From Phoronis australis (lineage: Eukaryota; Animalia; Phoronida), in assembly GCA_002633005.1 (NCBI GenBank), contig NMRA01000130.1, positions 769,440 to 833,439 on the forward strand: a stretch of DNA of 64,000 bases. Reading direction: 5' to 3'. Of the stretch, positions 1-13,000 are shown piece by piece. Below the pieces are notes generated by a model. The model saw only the letters and a list, made by a program, of their open reading frames with translations, had not been told where the DNA came from and did no database searches. The position numbers were made by a program, and so were the translations under genes. How positions within the stretch are numbered: the first letter of the stretch is position 1; each line of letters begins with the position of its first letter.

Positions 1-1006
1 TCATAGCGCATACGCTGCTGTTGACCAAGGCTATGCAGCTGAGCGACTTGAAATCCACCGAACGATGTGCCAACACCTGCCAGGTTTTGTCGGATCCCGC
101 TCTCGAGGTCTTTAGTGTGAAAACTTAGCAGCACTTCAAGTGGACCTAACTGCCGCAGATTAACAGTGGAATCAGGTTCAGAGATCGTCTCAGTAAGGCA
201 CACCTTCAGGGAAGCAGTAGCATTTGCCGACCCTGCATCTAAAATCAGCGTAAAGTTTGTTGATTTCGAATTTCTTGATGTAAAGCTGTATGTTGCCTGA
301 GAGCCACCATCGGCAAGATACAGAAAACCCAAATCAAGATGTACGCCGAAAAACTCCAGCGAGGCTTTAGGCAGCTTTTCAGAACTTTCAAAAACAAGTT
401 CATAAAGGCTGTTTTCTTCAATAAAAATTTTATAAAAGTTTCTTCGTTTGCCGTTTGCCTGTGAAACAGAATCAGGAATAATTAGGCTACTTGACCATTT
501 TGTGCATATAAAACCCACAGGAATAGTCGTGTCAACGAGAATAGGGTCTGACATCACCTTCGACGACAGGCTACCGGCTGCGTCTCGAGCTTGAACGACA
601 ACAGCGTAAGAAGTATTCTCTTTTAAAGTAAGGTTACAAAGCTTCACTGCGTTTTTGATGCCCACAGAGTACTGGTTGACCAACGTGTTATTCCATAATA
701 CCATTTCTTCTATGCCCACGTAGTATTCCATTATGTGAGAGTGGAAATCTTCAAATCCTTCCCATGAAGCTCCAATACAGGTATCGGAGGTTGCGGACAC
801 GCTGTGAAAGTCTTTTGTGTTATAAACTGTTCCTCCTAATGGCATTACATTGTCAACTGTCACGCCATCTGACGAGACTGTGGTTGCGAGACCAATACTG
901 TTTATCGCCTTCACGGTTGTGTAGTACGTCATGCCGTTAACAAGATTGAGGCCACGTTCAGTATGTGATGACGCGGTTGTTGTAAATTTTGGTTTCACAG
1001 AGCTGT
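1..1006 (-). CDS. Giant protein exon (runs off window)
   Basis: Acceptor tcaattacag; phase 1; ...GMTYYTTVKAINSIGLATTVSSDGVTVDN...ASWEGFEDFHS; not called by the ORF track, consistent with no stop before the edge. Confidence 0.9.
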
Positions 1007-4000
1007 CTGTAATTGAGATATACGAATGACTTCAGTGCTCACATTTTTAAAGATTGTTAATTTTCTGCGAGGAAAATCTAGAATACAAAGTTTTCAAAAG
1101 TACGAGAACTAAGTTGTAGTTTTGTGGGATTGTAAAACTAAGAGGAATGATTCAAACGCTAAACTTTTCCTGCAACAGTCCCATAAAACGTAATAACGAT
1201 TTAGTACCTTACCTCCAGGAAAAAATCCCATTCTAACTTCGTACTCCTTAATTCCACTGACAGTGTCGACGAACACATTTTTCCAACTCGCCGCAAGCTT
1301 TGTTGTGTCGGTTAAGAATTCTATGTCTTCATCACAGCGTGTGGCTTCATTGCAGTCAAGAACGTGACGACCTCGCCTCTGTACAGGAGCAGTCGTGTCA
1401 ATCACCAGGTCAGGAGACTTAAATTGAGCCAAGGTAGAGCTAGAAAACCATGCCCTTACGTAAACTACATATTTTTCGGGTGGATCGGTTTGAAAGAAAT
1501 TCCCAGGTGATAGACAGAACGTTGTATTTGTCCACAAGTCAATGTTATGCCACACTGTCTCAGCGGTTAGGTTGAAAACACCATAACCAGGATCAGCACC
1601 AGAGACACCTAGTGAGTACTGATACCGTATGACGTGTTCCGGACGTCCAGTTTCCCATTTCGCAGCAATGCAGCGTCGGTTCATAGCTGAAACAACTGGG
1701 GTTGTGAAACCAATAGAAACCGTAACATATGAAGGTGGACTTGTCATCAGAATACAACTAGAAATTTTGAATTTGTCGCATGTGCCTCCAATAGGCGCAC
1801 ACACGCAATCGTTGTTGCAAAAGGGTACATCGCAAGAGTACTTTTGAACGACCAATGTGCCCTGGACTGGATTAGACTGAACAGTCGAAACAAGTCTTAC
1901 AAGATTCTTCAAAATCTTACTCCTCAAGCCAACGTTGTTTTCTGCGACCATGGAAATGTAAATACTGGAACCAATTCTCGGGTTGGTTGTTAAGAAGAAT
2001 GACGCCTCTTGTTTCGTGGTCCCTGATTGAGGATTGTAAGGCTCTTTGACAAATCCACTCGTTAAATCATAAGAGCTATAATTGGTGCCTGCATAAAAGT
2101 GGTACTGCTTTATTCCAGAATGGGGATCAACAAATCCCGACCACACTATCCTAAGTTTTATTTTGCCAGCTTCTTTGGACCAATATGATTGCAAAAATTG
2201 ACCGATGTGCGGAGCGCTGGAATCTATCAACACGTTCGCGGTGGAATTTGAAGAAGTACAGAGTCCGGCGTCGTTGCAGGCTGTTACTGCTGCGTAATAT
2301 CTATCTCCATCAGCGAGAGCGCGTTTTTCGCTTAAGCTTATACTTAGCGACTCCTCATCACCGAGCTCAAGGTTTTCGACGGGACAAAGTCCATTATGGT
2401 GAGAAGTCACACTAATAATATGGCGGGTAAGAGGACTGTTGGCGTCTGTAAATTTCCATTTGAAATTTAATGCATTGGTTTCAAATTGAGTGTTATCATA
2501 CAATGATAATAAACTCCCTCTTGTAAATACAGGATTCATAACAGTTTGGGGCGGAGTGTTGTCGACTATGACTGGCTCAGACGTCGTTGTTACCTTCAGT
2601 CCCGCCTTGTTCCATGCACGCACGGTGACGAAAAGTTTCTTGCCTACTGGGAGATTCATATCAAATCGAACTTGCTCGTGAGCGTCATGGACGTTGACAA
2701 ATTGCTGTATATCACAATGTCCCATTGACGTGCCGATACACCAGCTGTATCTTTCGATACCGGATTGCTGATCTTGAAATCCCATCCAGCTGGCGCTAAA
2801 GAACTTCCTGCAAATAATGCAAGAAAAATGCTGGCTTACGTTTAGAAATTCAATGACCACCATTGCAGGGTTAGTCATCGATAGCGCCCGCAATACTCTG
2901 AAGAAAAAACAGTTTACTTTATCAAAGGCTTCACTAAAATACATAAATAGAGCATCCACACTGGTTCTTTTTTACAATTCTCATTTACTTTACCTCGTCC
3001 GTGAAATCCAAAATTTAGGTTTCGCATGATACCTTTGCCCAAAACCCTTTTATGTTCAGGGTATAGTGGGGAAAGTTACATGTTTTAGTATATTGCAGGT
3101 GAGGCTGCTTATGCTACCTTGTGGGAGAGGCTAGTCTGTAACTGCCGGGTGAATATTTCCCCGTATTGAAGACAAGGGTTACCCGAGTATTTTTCAAAGA
3201 GAAGAATGTCATACCTTGGTGATGACTCAATTATGAATGCCATGGCAGGGAGTTAATCTACAGCATTGTTCCTAAGATTAAGTACATGGAAGTTATCAGG
3301 ACACGTGGATTTTTTGGAGCTAAGACTCGGTTAGTTTATAGGCCAGCAAACCTCATCACTACACGCACTTTTACATTATTCTGTTCATTACCATGGACTA
3401 TCTGTATGTAAGAGTGCGTGTTAATCTTGGTTGCCCAATATTGAAATGCCATCTCGCACGGCGCTTGCCTATCACATGAAAACGAGCGTTTTCCTTAAAT
3501 ATTTAGCGTACCTTGACGCTTGGTATCGACTGTGCTCAAAGCGTCTGTGTCCAATAGTCACAACACCAGCCAGTGGCGGTGTGGGATCAATGACCACACC
3601 GTCAGAGGAAGCGCGCGTACACAGACCAACAGAGTTGCAGGCTTCAACTGTTATGACGTACTTCCGGCCAGCTTTAAAGTTGCCAACAAAGACGAAGCCT
3701 GTAATGCAAACATGGTTCATTCGTGTGTTTCTATGGTTTCAGCCCAAACAGTCTTTATTTGCACTTTACAGTCCTTCCAACAGAAAATCAAAAGAATCTA
3801 GGGGTCATCTTGATCAGAGTCAACTTAAACATTGTGCGTGTGATTGTGGTTTAGCTCTGATACAAAAAGCATCAGTTTTGTCCTTATTGGCCTCTTATTT
3901 TTTATTTGTGGGCCTTCAAGAGTGTACGAATAAAATGACACGCGTTTGCATACCGAAAATAGTAATTTTACATTATGGAACCAGGTAGATTGCATGCATG

Positions 4001-7000
4001 GAGTGCCAGCACATAAGGGGATTAAGAACTGATGCATAAGAACTCTCAAATAAAACCAATACAGACAATTTCGTTGGGTACATCATGTGACAGGGGAGAT
4101 AAACATGGAGACACCTTTTGTAGCGTCACTCAAAAGTGTCTACAAGCCAGCCTGCGGGGCTGTGAACATTGAACGTTATCGTTATGGATAGATCTTGGAT
4201 GTATGAACAAATTTAAGAAATCCCTCGAAAGGGCTTTCTTCATGTTTTATTCCAAAATGTCTCAGTATTGCGTATTTTACACCTCTTAAGCGAATGTTTT
4301 TATAACTTTATTACATTTAAAATGTTTTCAAGAAGAAGTAGTTAATGGGAGTCAACATTTTAGAAACCATAATTCTACATTTTGATCAGCTATCGACAGT
4401 ACATATTAAAGCTACGTAATAGAAGTTGGCCCATTTTTATCTATCAGAAAAAAATTCAGCAAATTTCGGATACTGTGAGTATTTGGAGTAGTTTACGGAA
4501 CTTTTCATAATTCTCAATGAATTTTTAATGAAGGATGTAATTGTATCAAATTTCCAATAATGTCCAATAATATAATTATATCTAATTGTGGATGAATGCC
4601 TGCATAAATTATCCACAAAAAACCTTTGTCTTTTTAGGTTAAAATCTTTTGAACCATTGAAATTATTTTCCTAATGTTCACGAAAACAACAACGGATTTA
4701 AAACTTGACATGTTTCGGTGTCATTTATTAAACACCATCCTCAGAAGTCATAATACAGTGGCCACCTAGCTAGGCCCAGCAACAAGTAATGAAGCACAGA
4801 TACAGTCAGTTACAGGGAGTGACAATGAACTATACCAACAATGACAACCTGTGGTGTGTCAGTTGCCTATTGAGATTGGGCTTGCACCAACTGATATGTA
4901 AAGCCTCACGAATTTTAAGCTCCTTTGTTGTTACTGCCTGGTCTATTATTGCAAAGTCATTGAAAGAGCACTGCTGATAACAATGATTGGAGCTCTGCAG
5001 GTGAATATTTACATGTGAATTACTGTCAGAATTTAGATGTTCNTAATGCAAACATGGTTCATTCGTGTGTATCTACGGTTTCAGCCCAAACAGTCTTTAT
5101 TTGCACTTTACAGTCCTTCCAACAGAAAATCAAAAGAATCTAGGGGTCATCTTGATCAGAGTCAACTTAAACATTGTGCGTGTGATTGTGGTTTAGCTCT
5201 GATACAAAAAGCATTAATTTTGTCCTTATTGGCCTCTTATTTTTTATTTGTGGGCCTGCAAGAGTGTACGAATAAAATGACACGCGTTTGCATACCGAAA
5301 ATAGTAATTTTACATTATCGAACCAGGTAGATTGCATGCATGGAGTGCCAGCACATAAGGGGATTAAGAACTGATGCATAAGAACTCTCAAATAAAACCA
5401 ATACAAACAATTTCGTTGGGTGCATCAAGTGGCAGGGGAGATAAACATGGAGACACCTTTTGTAGCGTCACTCAAAAGTGTCTACAAGCCAGTCTGCGGG
5501 GCTGTGAACATTGAACGTTATCGTTATGGATAGATCTTGGAGGTGTGAAAAAATTTAAGAAATCCCTCGAAAGGGCTTTCTTCATGTTTTATTCTAAAAT
5601 GTCTCAGTATTGCGTATTTTACACATCTTAAGCGAATGTTTTCATAACTTTATTGCATTTAAAATGTTTTCAATAAGAAGTAGTTAATGGGAGTCAACAT
5701 TTTAGAAACCATAATATTCTACATTTTGATCAGCTATCGACAGTACATATTAAAGCTACGTAATAGAAGTTGGCCCATTTTTATCTATCAGAAAAAAAAT
5801 TCAGCAAATTTCGGATACTGTGAGTATTTGGAGTAGTTTATGGCACTTTTCATAATTCTCAATGAATTTTAATGAAGGATGTAATTGTATCAAATGTCCA
5901 ATAATGTCCAATAATATAATTAAATCTAATTGTGGATGAATGCCTGCATAAATTATCCACAAAAAAACTTTGTCTTTTTAGGGTAAAAATCTTTTGAACC
6001 ATTGAAATTATTTTCCTAATGGCTTAACCAGTAAATTGTATAACCTCTCTGGTCCATTGCCCTCGTAAACTTCAGATAGAGAGATTGACTGTCTACATTT
6101 TCTATCCCGTTTTTAAGCCATTTTAAAACTACTACACTAATCAATCCCCTTGAAAGTGAAACTGAGCTACTTTGGGCCAAAAATAACAATGGTGCTCTAA
6201 CTTAAGAAATAATGAACAAAGTTTTATACATATCTCGCCAGGACCTATGAACACACGATTTTTGTCAAGATCTGAGTCGGTGACCCTAAAGTCGACCCTT
6301 TGGTGCCCTCGTGAAATGACAGCTAATTATCTTCAAGATTGTAAATGATTCTATTTTAAGTCTGCATGTTGTACACCTACACGTAGGGGCATGTTTCAAA
6401 TTTTTACACTTTCGCACGGATTGAAAATTAATCGTAATACCTCAGTCTGAATGTCAATATTGTTGATAAATACACATACACCTATTTCGACAGAAACGCT
6501 CTTCGAGCGTACAATGAGTCTCCAAGAAAAAAACAAACGGAGCAGTGTTAAAGCATAGTGTAACTGCCATCCAATCAACAACAGCGATTGCACTGACTAC
6601 CTGTTTTGAGTCCAACACTCGTTAAAAGTGGCTGAATTCCATCCTCTTCGACACCAACTCTGTATTCAAATAGGGGTGTGTGTGGGTCATGAAAGGCAGA
6701 CCACGAGGCACACAGCCTAGACGAGCTTATCTGGTAGTCAACGTCACTCAGATCTGTCAGACTCGTGCAGTCTCGCACGACTCCACGTGATGGTGGTGTA
6801 GAGTCAAATATAAACTGCTCATTGAGAACAGATATCAATCCTGCCCCATTTGTGGCCTAAACAGAAAAAAAAAAACAAAACAGATTATTTTGAAATCAAC
6901 CAGAAACTGCATGGCCATAGTCTATTGCTTTTAGAAGCTAACAATCAATTTAAAATGTATTTAAAAATACAGCAGTAACTTTGGCTTTCATCATCAACAC

Positions 7001-10000
7001 AACTCCGCGTAAAATGGACTGTCACTTCCAAGGCGAAACAGTAAGTGATTAAATGTCACTATATGGAGCACTTTAGTGTTATTGACGGATACAACAGTCC
7101 ACGTCACACAAATTCCTTCACCTTTTCCAACAAATCTAGGACTTCCTTACAATAAACAACGTTACCTTTAAAACACCCTTGCATAGCACGGGGTGCAGGT
7201 TAATTAAAGAACGTGCACATTCATTTACATGGAAGTGATTACCTTTATCTGAGGATAGTACTTGTGTCCATCCTGGAAGTCAACTCCGTCTATAAAAATG
7301 TAGTTAGTGGTACATTTTTTGAACGGCAAGTTGTCTTGAAGCGTCTGTGACGATCCTATTGCGAACTCATAGCTGGCTATTCCACTCTCCTTGTCTTCAA
7401 AACCAAACCAGTGAAACTGCAACATGTTTCCGGCTAAATATTTGTAATTACTGTGGGGTGAACCGACAAGTAATTTGGCGTTTGAAGTAATAGGTGGCGT
7501 AGTGTCCACTAGGAACGGCTTTGAAGAAACTGAAGTTACGTGGCCAGCATAGTCTTCAGCTGAAAAAACAAATTGTTGGGAGCACCTTTAAACTAAATAA
7601 CAGAACTTCATAGATAACATGTTAGCAAGACTAAAACCTCCTTCAATCGAACATTCTTCGTTGCTCATAAACTGTCGACGGAGGTTTTTACATACAAGAT
7701 ATTGAGATAAAATTGGGTAGCATTATCGCATTATACCACATTGTTCTACTCATACATAAACATTTAGATGTACAGGGTAAGTGGGCCGGAGAAAGTGAAT
7801 GTTCATGTGTACATTTATCGAGATCACACGAAACCTGTGTACCGTACGAACAAAAATGCGGATTCGTGCGGAAATTTGGCTTGTGGTACGCAAGTACGTA
7901 GTAGCAGGCAAAATACGCAAATCTCATGGGGATAATTTACATATTTGTTACTCATTTAGTAGTAAGCTAATTGTAGAAATGGAAGAACATTTTTAAATAT
8001 GAATTTAAAAAACATGTATTTTTATTATTTTAACTAAAAAAAGAGCTGCAATGTCGGAGGCAAGATTATCGACGAATCGCAAGGCTTCTTCTGTCGTTAT
8101 TCGTCATCGACGGACTAAGCTATGAGCAACGACTTCTGTGATTGGTGTATTGTTTACTTTATTTAATTCCGACTGTCTCCGGCTAAATGCGAACTTTTGT
8201 TAAAATAGCAAATCGTGAAGGGCTGAATAGTCTGAGCAGTAAAGAAAAAAGCTTCTGAATGAAGGGGGGGGGGGTACATCCGCTTTTGCTACGTTATTCT
8301 GAAGAATAACAGTTTCTTGCAAAAGGGACTATCGAATTTATATTTCAAGTTGTCTAGTGCAATGTTTTCTTGCGCACATCGTGGCTGCACTGACGCGGCA
8401 CGTTGAGCCGTCAGCAACGGTTAAGGTTTTTTGAGAGGCAGTACAGTGGTGCGTGTTAAAAAACGCTTGCAATGAACAAATTTTCCAATTTTTTTCAACA
8501 GTTAGGAACATGTCTGATGTAAAATTTTCCTATGCAGATTCATGCGCACGTTTTGCAATATACATGTAGATTATTACGAGGGCTCTGGATAAGGGGGATA
8601 ACGACTGAGAACATGTAAAAATCTATTTATACCACATACTAAAGGAGAAACATTGCAATGAATTGATCTACCTTTCTCGACTCGCCTCGGCTTTGTAACT
8701 ACTTTCTGTGTCAAAAGCCTGAGGTGTGGGGTCGTGACCTTTCAAGAAACACCCAGTTTTTCTCGTTAAAATGTTTTTACTTAAAACCAAGAAAAATTGA
8801 AATAAAACAGAACTAAAGTGAATCTGTAAAATAATTTATTTTAAGCAGCTACTCTAGCTTACAACACATCTTATCATGCTAAGGTTCGACCGTGAAAATA
8901 TCGTCTGCTAAAGTAGGTTACCACTGGTTACTGAGTTTTATGTCAAAGCATCCCGACCACACGTTATTCGCATTCAAACTGGAAATCGATGATTTACAAG
9001 TTAGAGGAAATGACGGATAAATTTTACTGAATTAAAGATGTCGTTTTATTGAAATTTTGCCCGTGCTCATTTAAGTATTAATTTCTACTTTCACATTCGA
9101 TGACGTCAGCCATTGAGTGGTGAAGTGGTACAGTCGACGGCCCGAAACTCTTGCGGACTGGGTTCGAAACTTGCCTCGGTTTTTCGCCAAAATGTACTTA
9201 ACGCCGTTAGAAAACAAAATGGGTTATTAAACGGTTATATTGGCCACGCGAGGCTGATATTGTAGTATAATGTATGATTTTGGTTATGTAGCATCTTCTA
9301 TGAAACTAATAAGGTATCTTTAGAAAAAATTCTTCCTACTGATTTACTGGATCATTTTACTACTGCAAAATCTTTATGAAGTTCATGAAAATTCGTAGTC
9401 AAATCACTATATTTATTAAACTGTTTGAAATATAAGTAGGTGAGAAAAGTACCAGTTGAGTGCAGTTTCAATAGGCAAACACGGTGAAAAGTTCGAATTT
9501 TGGATGTTTTGGTCAATACGAAAAATCTAGAAATTTAATGAAAAATCTGATAATCTAGAACCCAATATATTCCAATGCAGTTTTGGTGGTAAACAAGTCT
9601 ATCACACTCACCTTCAGCAGTAACGAAATACTGTTTTCCACTGGCCAACGCAAGATTTTCAACAATGACGTGTGTTTGGACTCCCGTGCTTGTTCTATTG
9701 GCCACTTCGTATTGGTCAACCGACGTTCCTGTCCAGAATAAGCGTGAAACCAAACAATACAAAACCATTTAAACTCAAAACGGCGAAAACAAATAATCCC
9801 GCATTAGTCATTTGCAGTACATTTTATCATTAAGGTCAGTATTTGGATTGTTTTGGCTACATGAACGACTTTTCGTTGAGAGAATATTTCGATGCACAGA
9901 TGCTGCTTTATAGGCAAAACTCTGAAAGTCATAAGCACTACATGTACTCACCGATGTAATAGCGATGATCCTTTATGCCCGACGATAACCCTGGCACGTT

Positions 10001-13000
10001 GTATTCAAGGTCTTTGAACTTGAACTGGAATTCAACAATGTCGTTGAATCTACTGAATTGCGTCCCAAAAGAGTTAGTGCTCAAAGACAACAAAGACAAG
10101 TGTTCATTAACTGGAGGCATTGTATCGATGATAAACCCGTTACTACAAAGTCTCACCGCGGGCAGTTCCTCGGTGTGTGTAGTACGCCGTACTGTTTGAG
10201 GCTCTGTCCGAAGGCACGTGAAATATTTCCGGCCGTGAATAAGATTTGCTTTGAACTCAACATGGTTTTGAGTGTTGTTCACTGACGCTAAACATTGAGG
10301 ACTGGATGAGCAATCCATTCTTGGATCAGCCTCCGTTGTCAATATCCAGGAGTAACTCATGTACCGAGGTCCAGTGAACAGAGCGTATGCTTTGTCTGTC
10401 GTGTTGGTAAAGTCCACCTCAGCGTTATGCAATTCTTTCAGCATTTTGGTTTGCATGTTTTTTGCATGAGCTGTTTGGCTGAACAGATCAATGCCCGCAT
10501 TGGTAAGATCGTGCACAGCCTTGTCTACAACTGTGGAAGAGTACTTTTCGATAGTGATCTTCTTGATGTGACGTGTTGCCACGTTTGCCTTGGAATAGCC
10601 AGTTATGAGTAGGTACATTGACTGCAGTCTGTGTTTTTTCCAGGGAAGAATTGCAAAATCCTGTAAAAGGTTAAATATGAGTCTGCAATGATGTATGTGA
10701 CATTCAGAAGACAGATCTTTGAGATAAACACGGCACTGGTGTTGACTATTAGCACAAACATTTAGGTTCTCATTTCCCCCATACACTTGGGGGCAGAAAA
10801 GTGTCCCGTTTAATGTGTTAGATAAGGAGTGAGAGGAAACTATTACATTTGAAAGTATATTAGGCGGATGCCTTTTAAGTACCAGTTTGCAAACCGACAA
10901 ATAAAAAAAGACTTTTCCCGACAAGGGAGAACTTCAGTGAGCTCTTCAAGAAATGGGACAATTTCCAAGTTACCCAAATGGTGCTATATTTTCAATATAG
11001 TGATTGTTTACATGGTGACTCCTTGAATAGGATCCTCGGTTAGCACAAACAGCCTCCGGGGTATCATTTAATGGGTGACATCAATCGTTATATTCTGTTT
11101 ACACGAGGCCCCTAATGATTTTATCGACAACAATTAGGCCTTAGACTTCATAAGCTGGAGTATGATGAATGTCAACCAAAGAAGATTTAGCAACAATCAT
11201 CATCAAATTTAAGTTACCTGGGTTTTATTAAATACAGGTATCCATGTCTTCATGACCTCTTTGGCAGACGTACTTGACGACAAGGTCCATTCGTAGCACA
11301 AAACTTGTTCTTTAAGGGCTCCGCTAAGAACAACAAATCTCTGCCAATGAACCGATATCTCAGCAACGTATGCACCCGAACTTCCATTAAGATTAACCAC
11401 TGGAGCTATAGCACCGACTTTTGCTTGATCCGGTGTAATTTTTACCCCATTTGACGCAGATTCCATTAGACAGATCCGGTGGAAACATGGCCGTACTTGT
11501 AATCTATATCTGTATCCAGATTTCAATTTCAAACCGTTAAATTTACAGAGCTGCTGTTTACCCTGTGGTGTCCAAGGAACTAAAATGTCGTCATAAGTGC
11601 AACCGAACTCATCGCACGCGTCTTCGGCGACCGAACATTCGTAATGAGTAACCTTCTCGTGAACAGCTGCTGGTGTCTGCCAATAACTACTTAGGAATGT
11701 TGCGCCAGCTTGATAATCGTCATCCACGGAACACGGCAGGAGAGAAAAAGAGGTTATGTTACGCTTGGCATCGCCGGTGTTGGTGACCGTGAATGTGTAT
11801 GGTTTGTTTGTCCAGTCAAACGTATAGAATGCTATTCTAGCACCGTCCTTAGACGTGAAGAAGGTGTTTTCTGGTTCCACACCATATTGTGTCATCTTCA
11901 GGCTGGAAAGATCTTCTGTACTGGACAGTTTTACGGTGTACCGAACGCCAAGGATCCCAGAATAGTTAAATTCAACACTGCTAGATTGAGAAGGCTGTAT
12001 CAGGAGACTCCCTAAAACTTCCTCTGGACTTGAATACATACATCCCGCGCCGTCAAACACGTCAAAAGTACTCAAGTGAAGAGATTTGCTGACTACCAGT
12101 GCCCCGTCTGATGACACAATTACAGAATTTGTCCCGGATATGGATGATGTTGCTTTGACTGTTGCGTAGACCACAGTAAAATCAGATTGTTGTGTTGGAA
12201 TACTCATACACACGTACCGCCTTCCTGAGGGGATATGTCTATAGTCCATGATGTCCGATTTGAGCTTGGAAGAGCCCAAACCAACAGAATATTGCAAACT
12301 TCCATAGTGTGCTTTAAACCCCGTCCAACTGACGCAGTACTGACCGAGCAACAAGAAATCAACATCTTGTTCATTCTCGCCAGGCAGAACATCGAATACA
12401 GTACCAGGAATAATGTCTGGCGCCATATTAAACGTTGGAGATTGAAAAATATTATACAAGCCGGCTTTGTTGAAGACCTTTAGACTCACTACGTAATTTT
12501 GTCCCAATGCAGCGTCATGCTGCGTTAAAAGATCTTTTTTGATAGTGAGGCAATACGTGTACCGGCCACAAGAAGTCCTTGGACGAAAGCTTTCAAATGA
12601 AAACAGTGCTTGAATGTTGTTCTCAGTCCCTAGCCAAGGAAAAATATACTTATAAGTGCACGATCAACGTATTCTATCCTGTTTAGAAAACATACAATTG
12701 CCGCACAAATAAAAAGGTTCAAGTTAACTCAACGCTTCGTCTATTCATAATACATCATCAGGATATGTACAGTAGGACAACAAGTGTCGATTATCATTCA
12801 AGTCACATCCATGTGGTGAAATGAGAGTGAGAGATACAGGGAAAGTAAGTAGGTCATCACCATAGTTGTAGGGTCACTGAGCTCTGCATGTTATTGAGAG
12901 AATAAGTAGCATGCTGGTCCTGAATAGCCAATGACTTAGCAGGTTCTTTACAACTATAAGTTGTACGGCTGGGCTTATGCAATGCATAAGGCGAGATAGC

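Larger units (their letters stand above)
3702..6021. repeat. About 975-bp near-identical direct duplication (3702-4676 / 5044-6021)
   Basis: Copies align end to end with scattered substitutions and indels; the second starts right after N at 5043. Confidence 0.95.

Noticed and set aside
2808-2959. N-terminal part of the 616-aa ORF and alternative acceptor at 2897
   Set aside because: The acceptor at 2807 restores the repeat consensus; the upstream part reads as intron.
3431-5406. Paired ORFs (185/97 aa and 74/79 aa) suggesting duplicated genes
   Set aside because: By-products of the duplicated intron block and antisense overlap with an exon.
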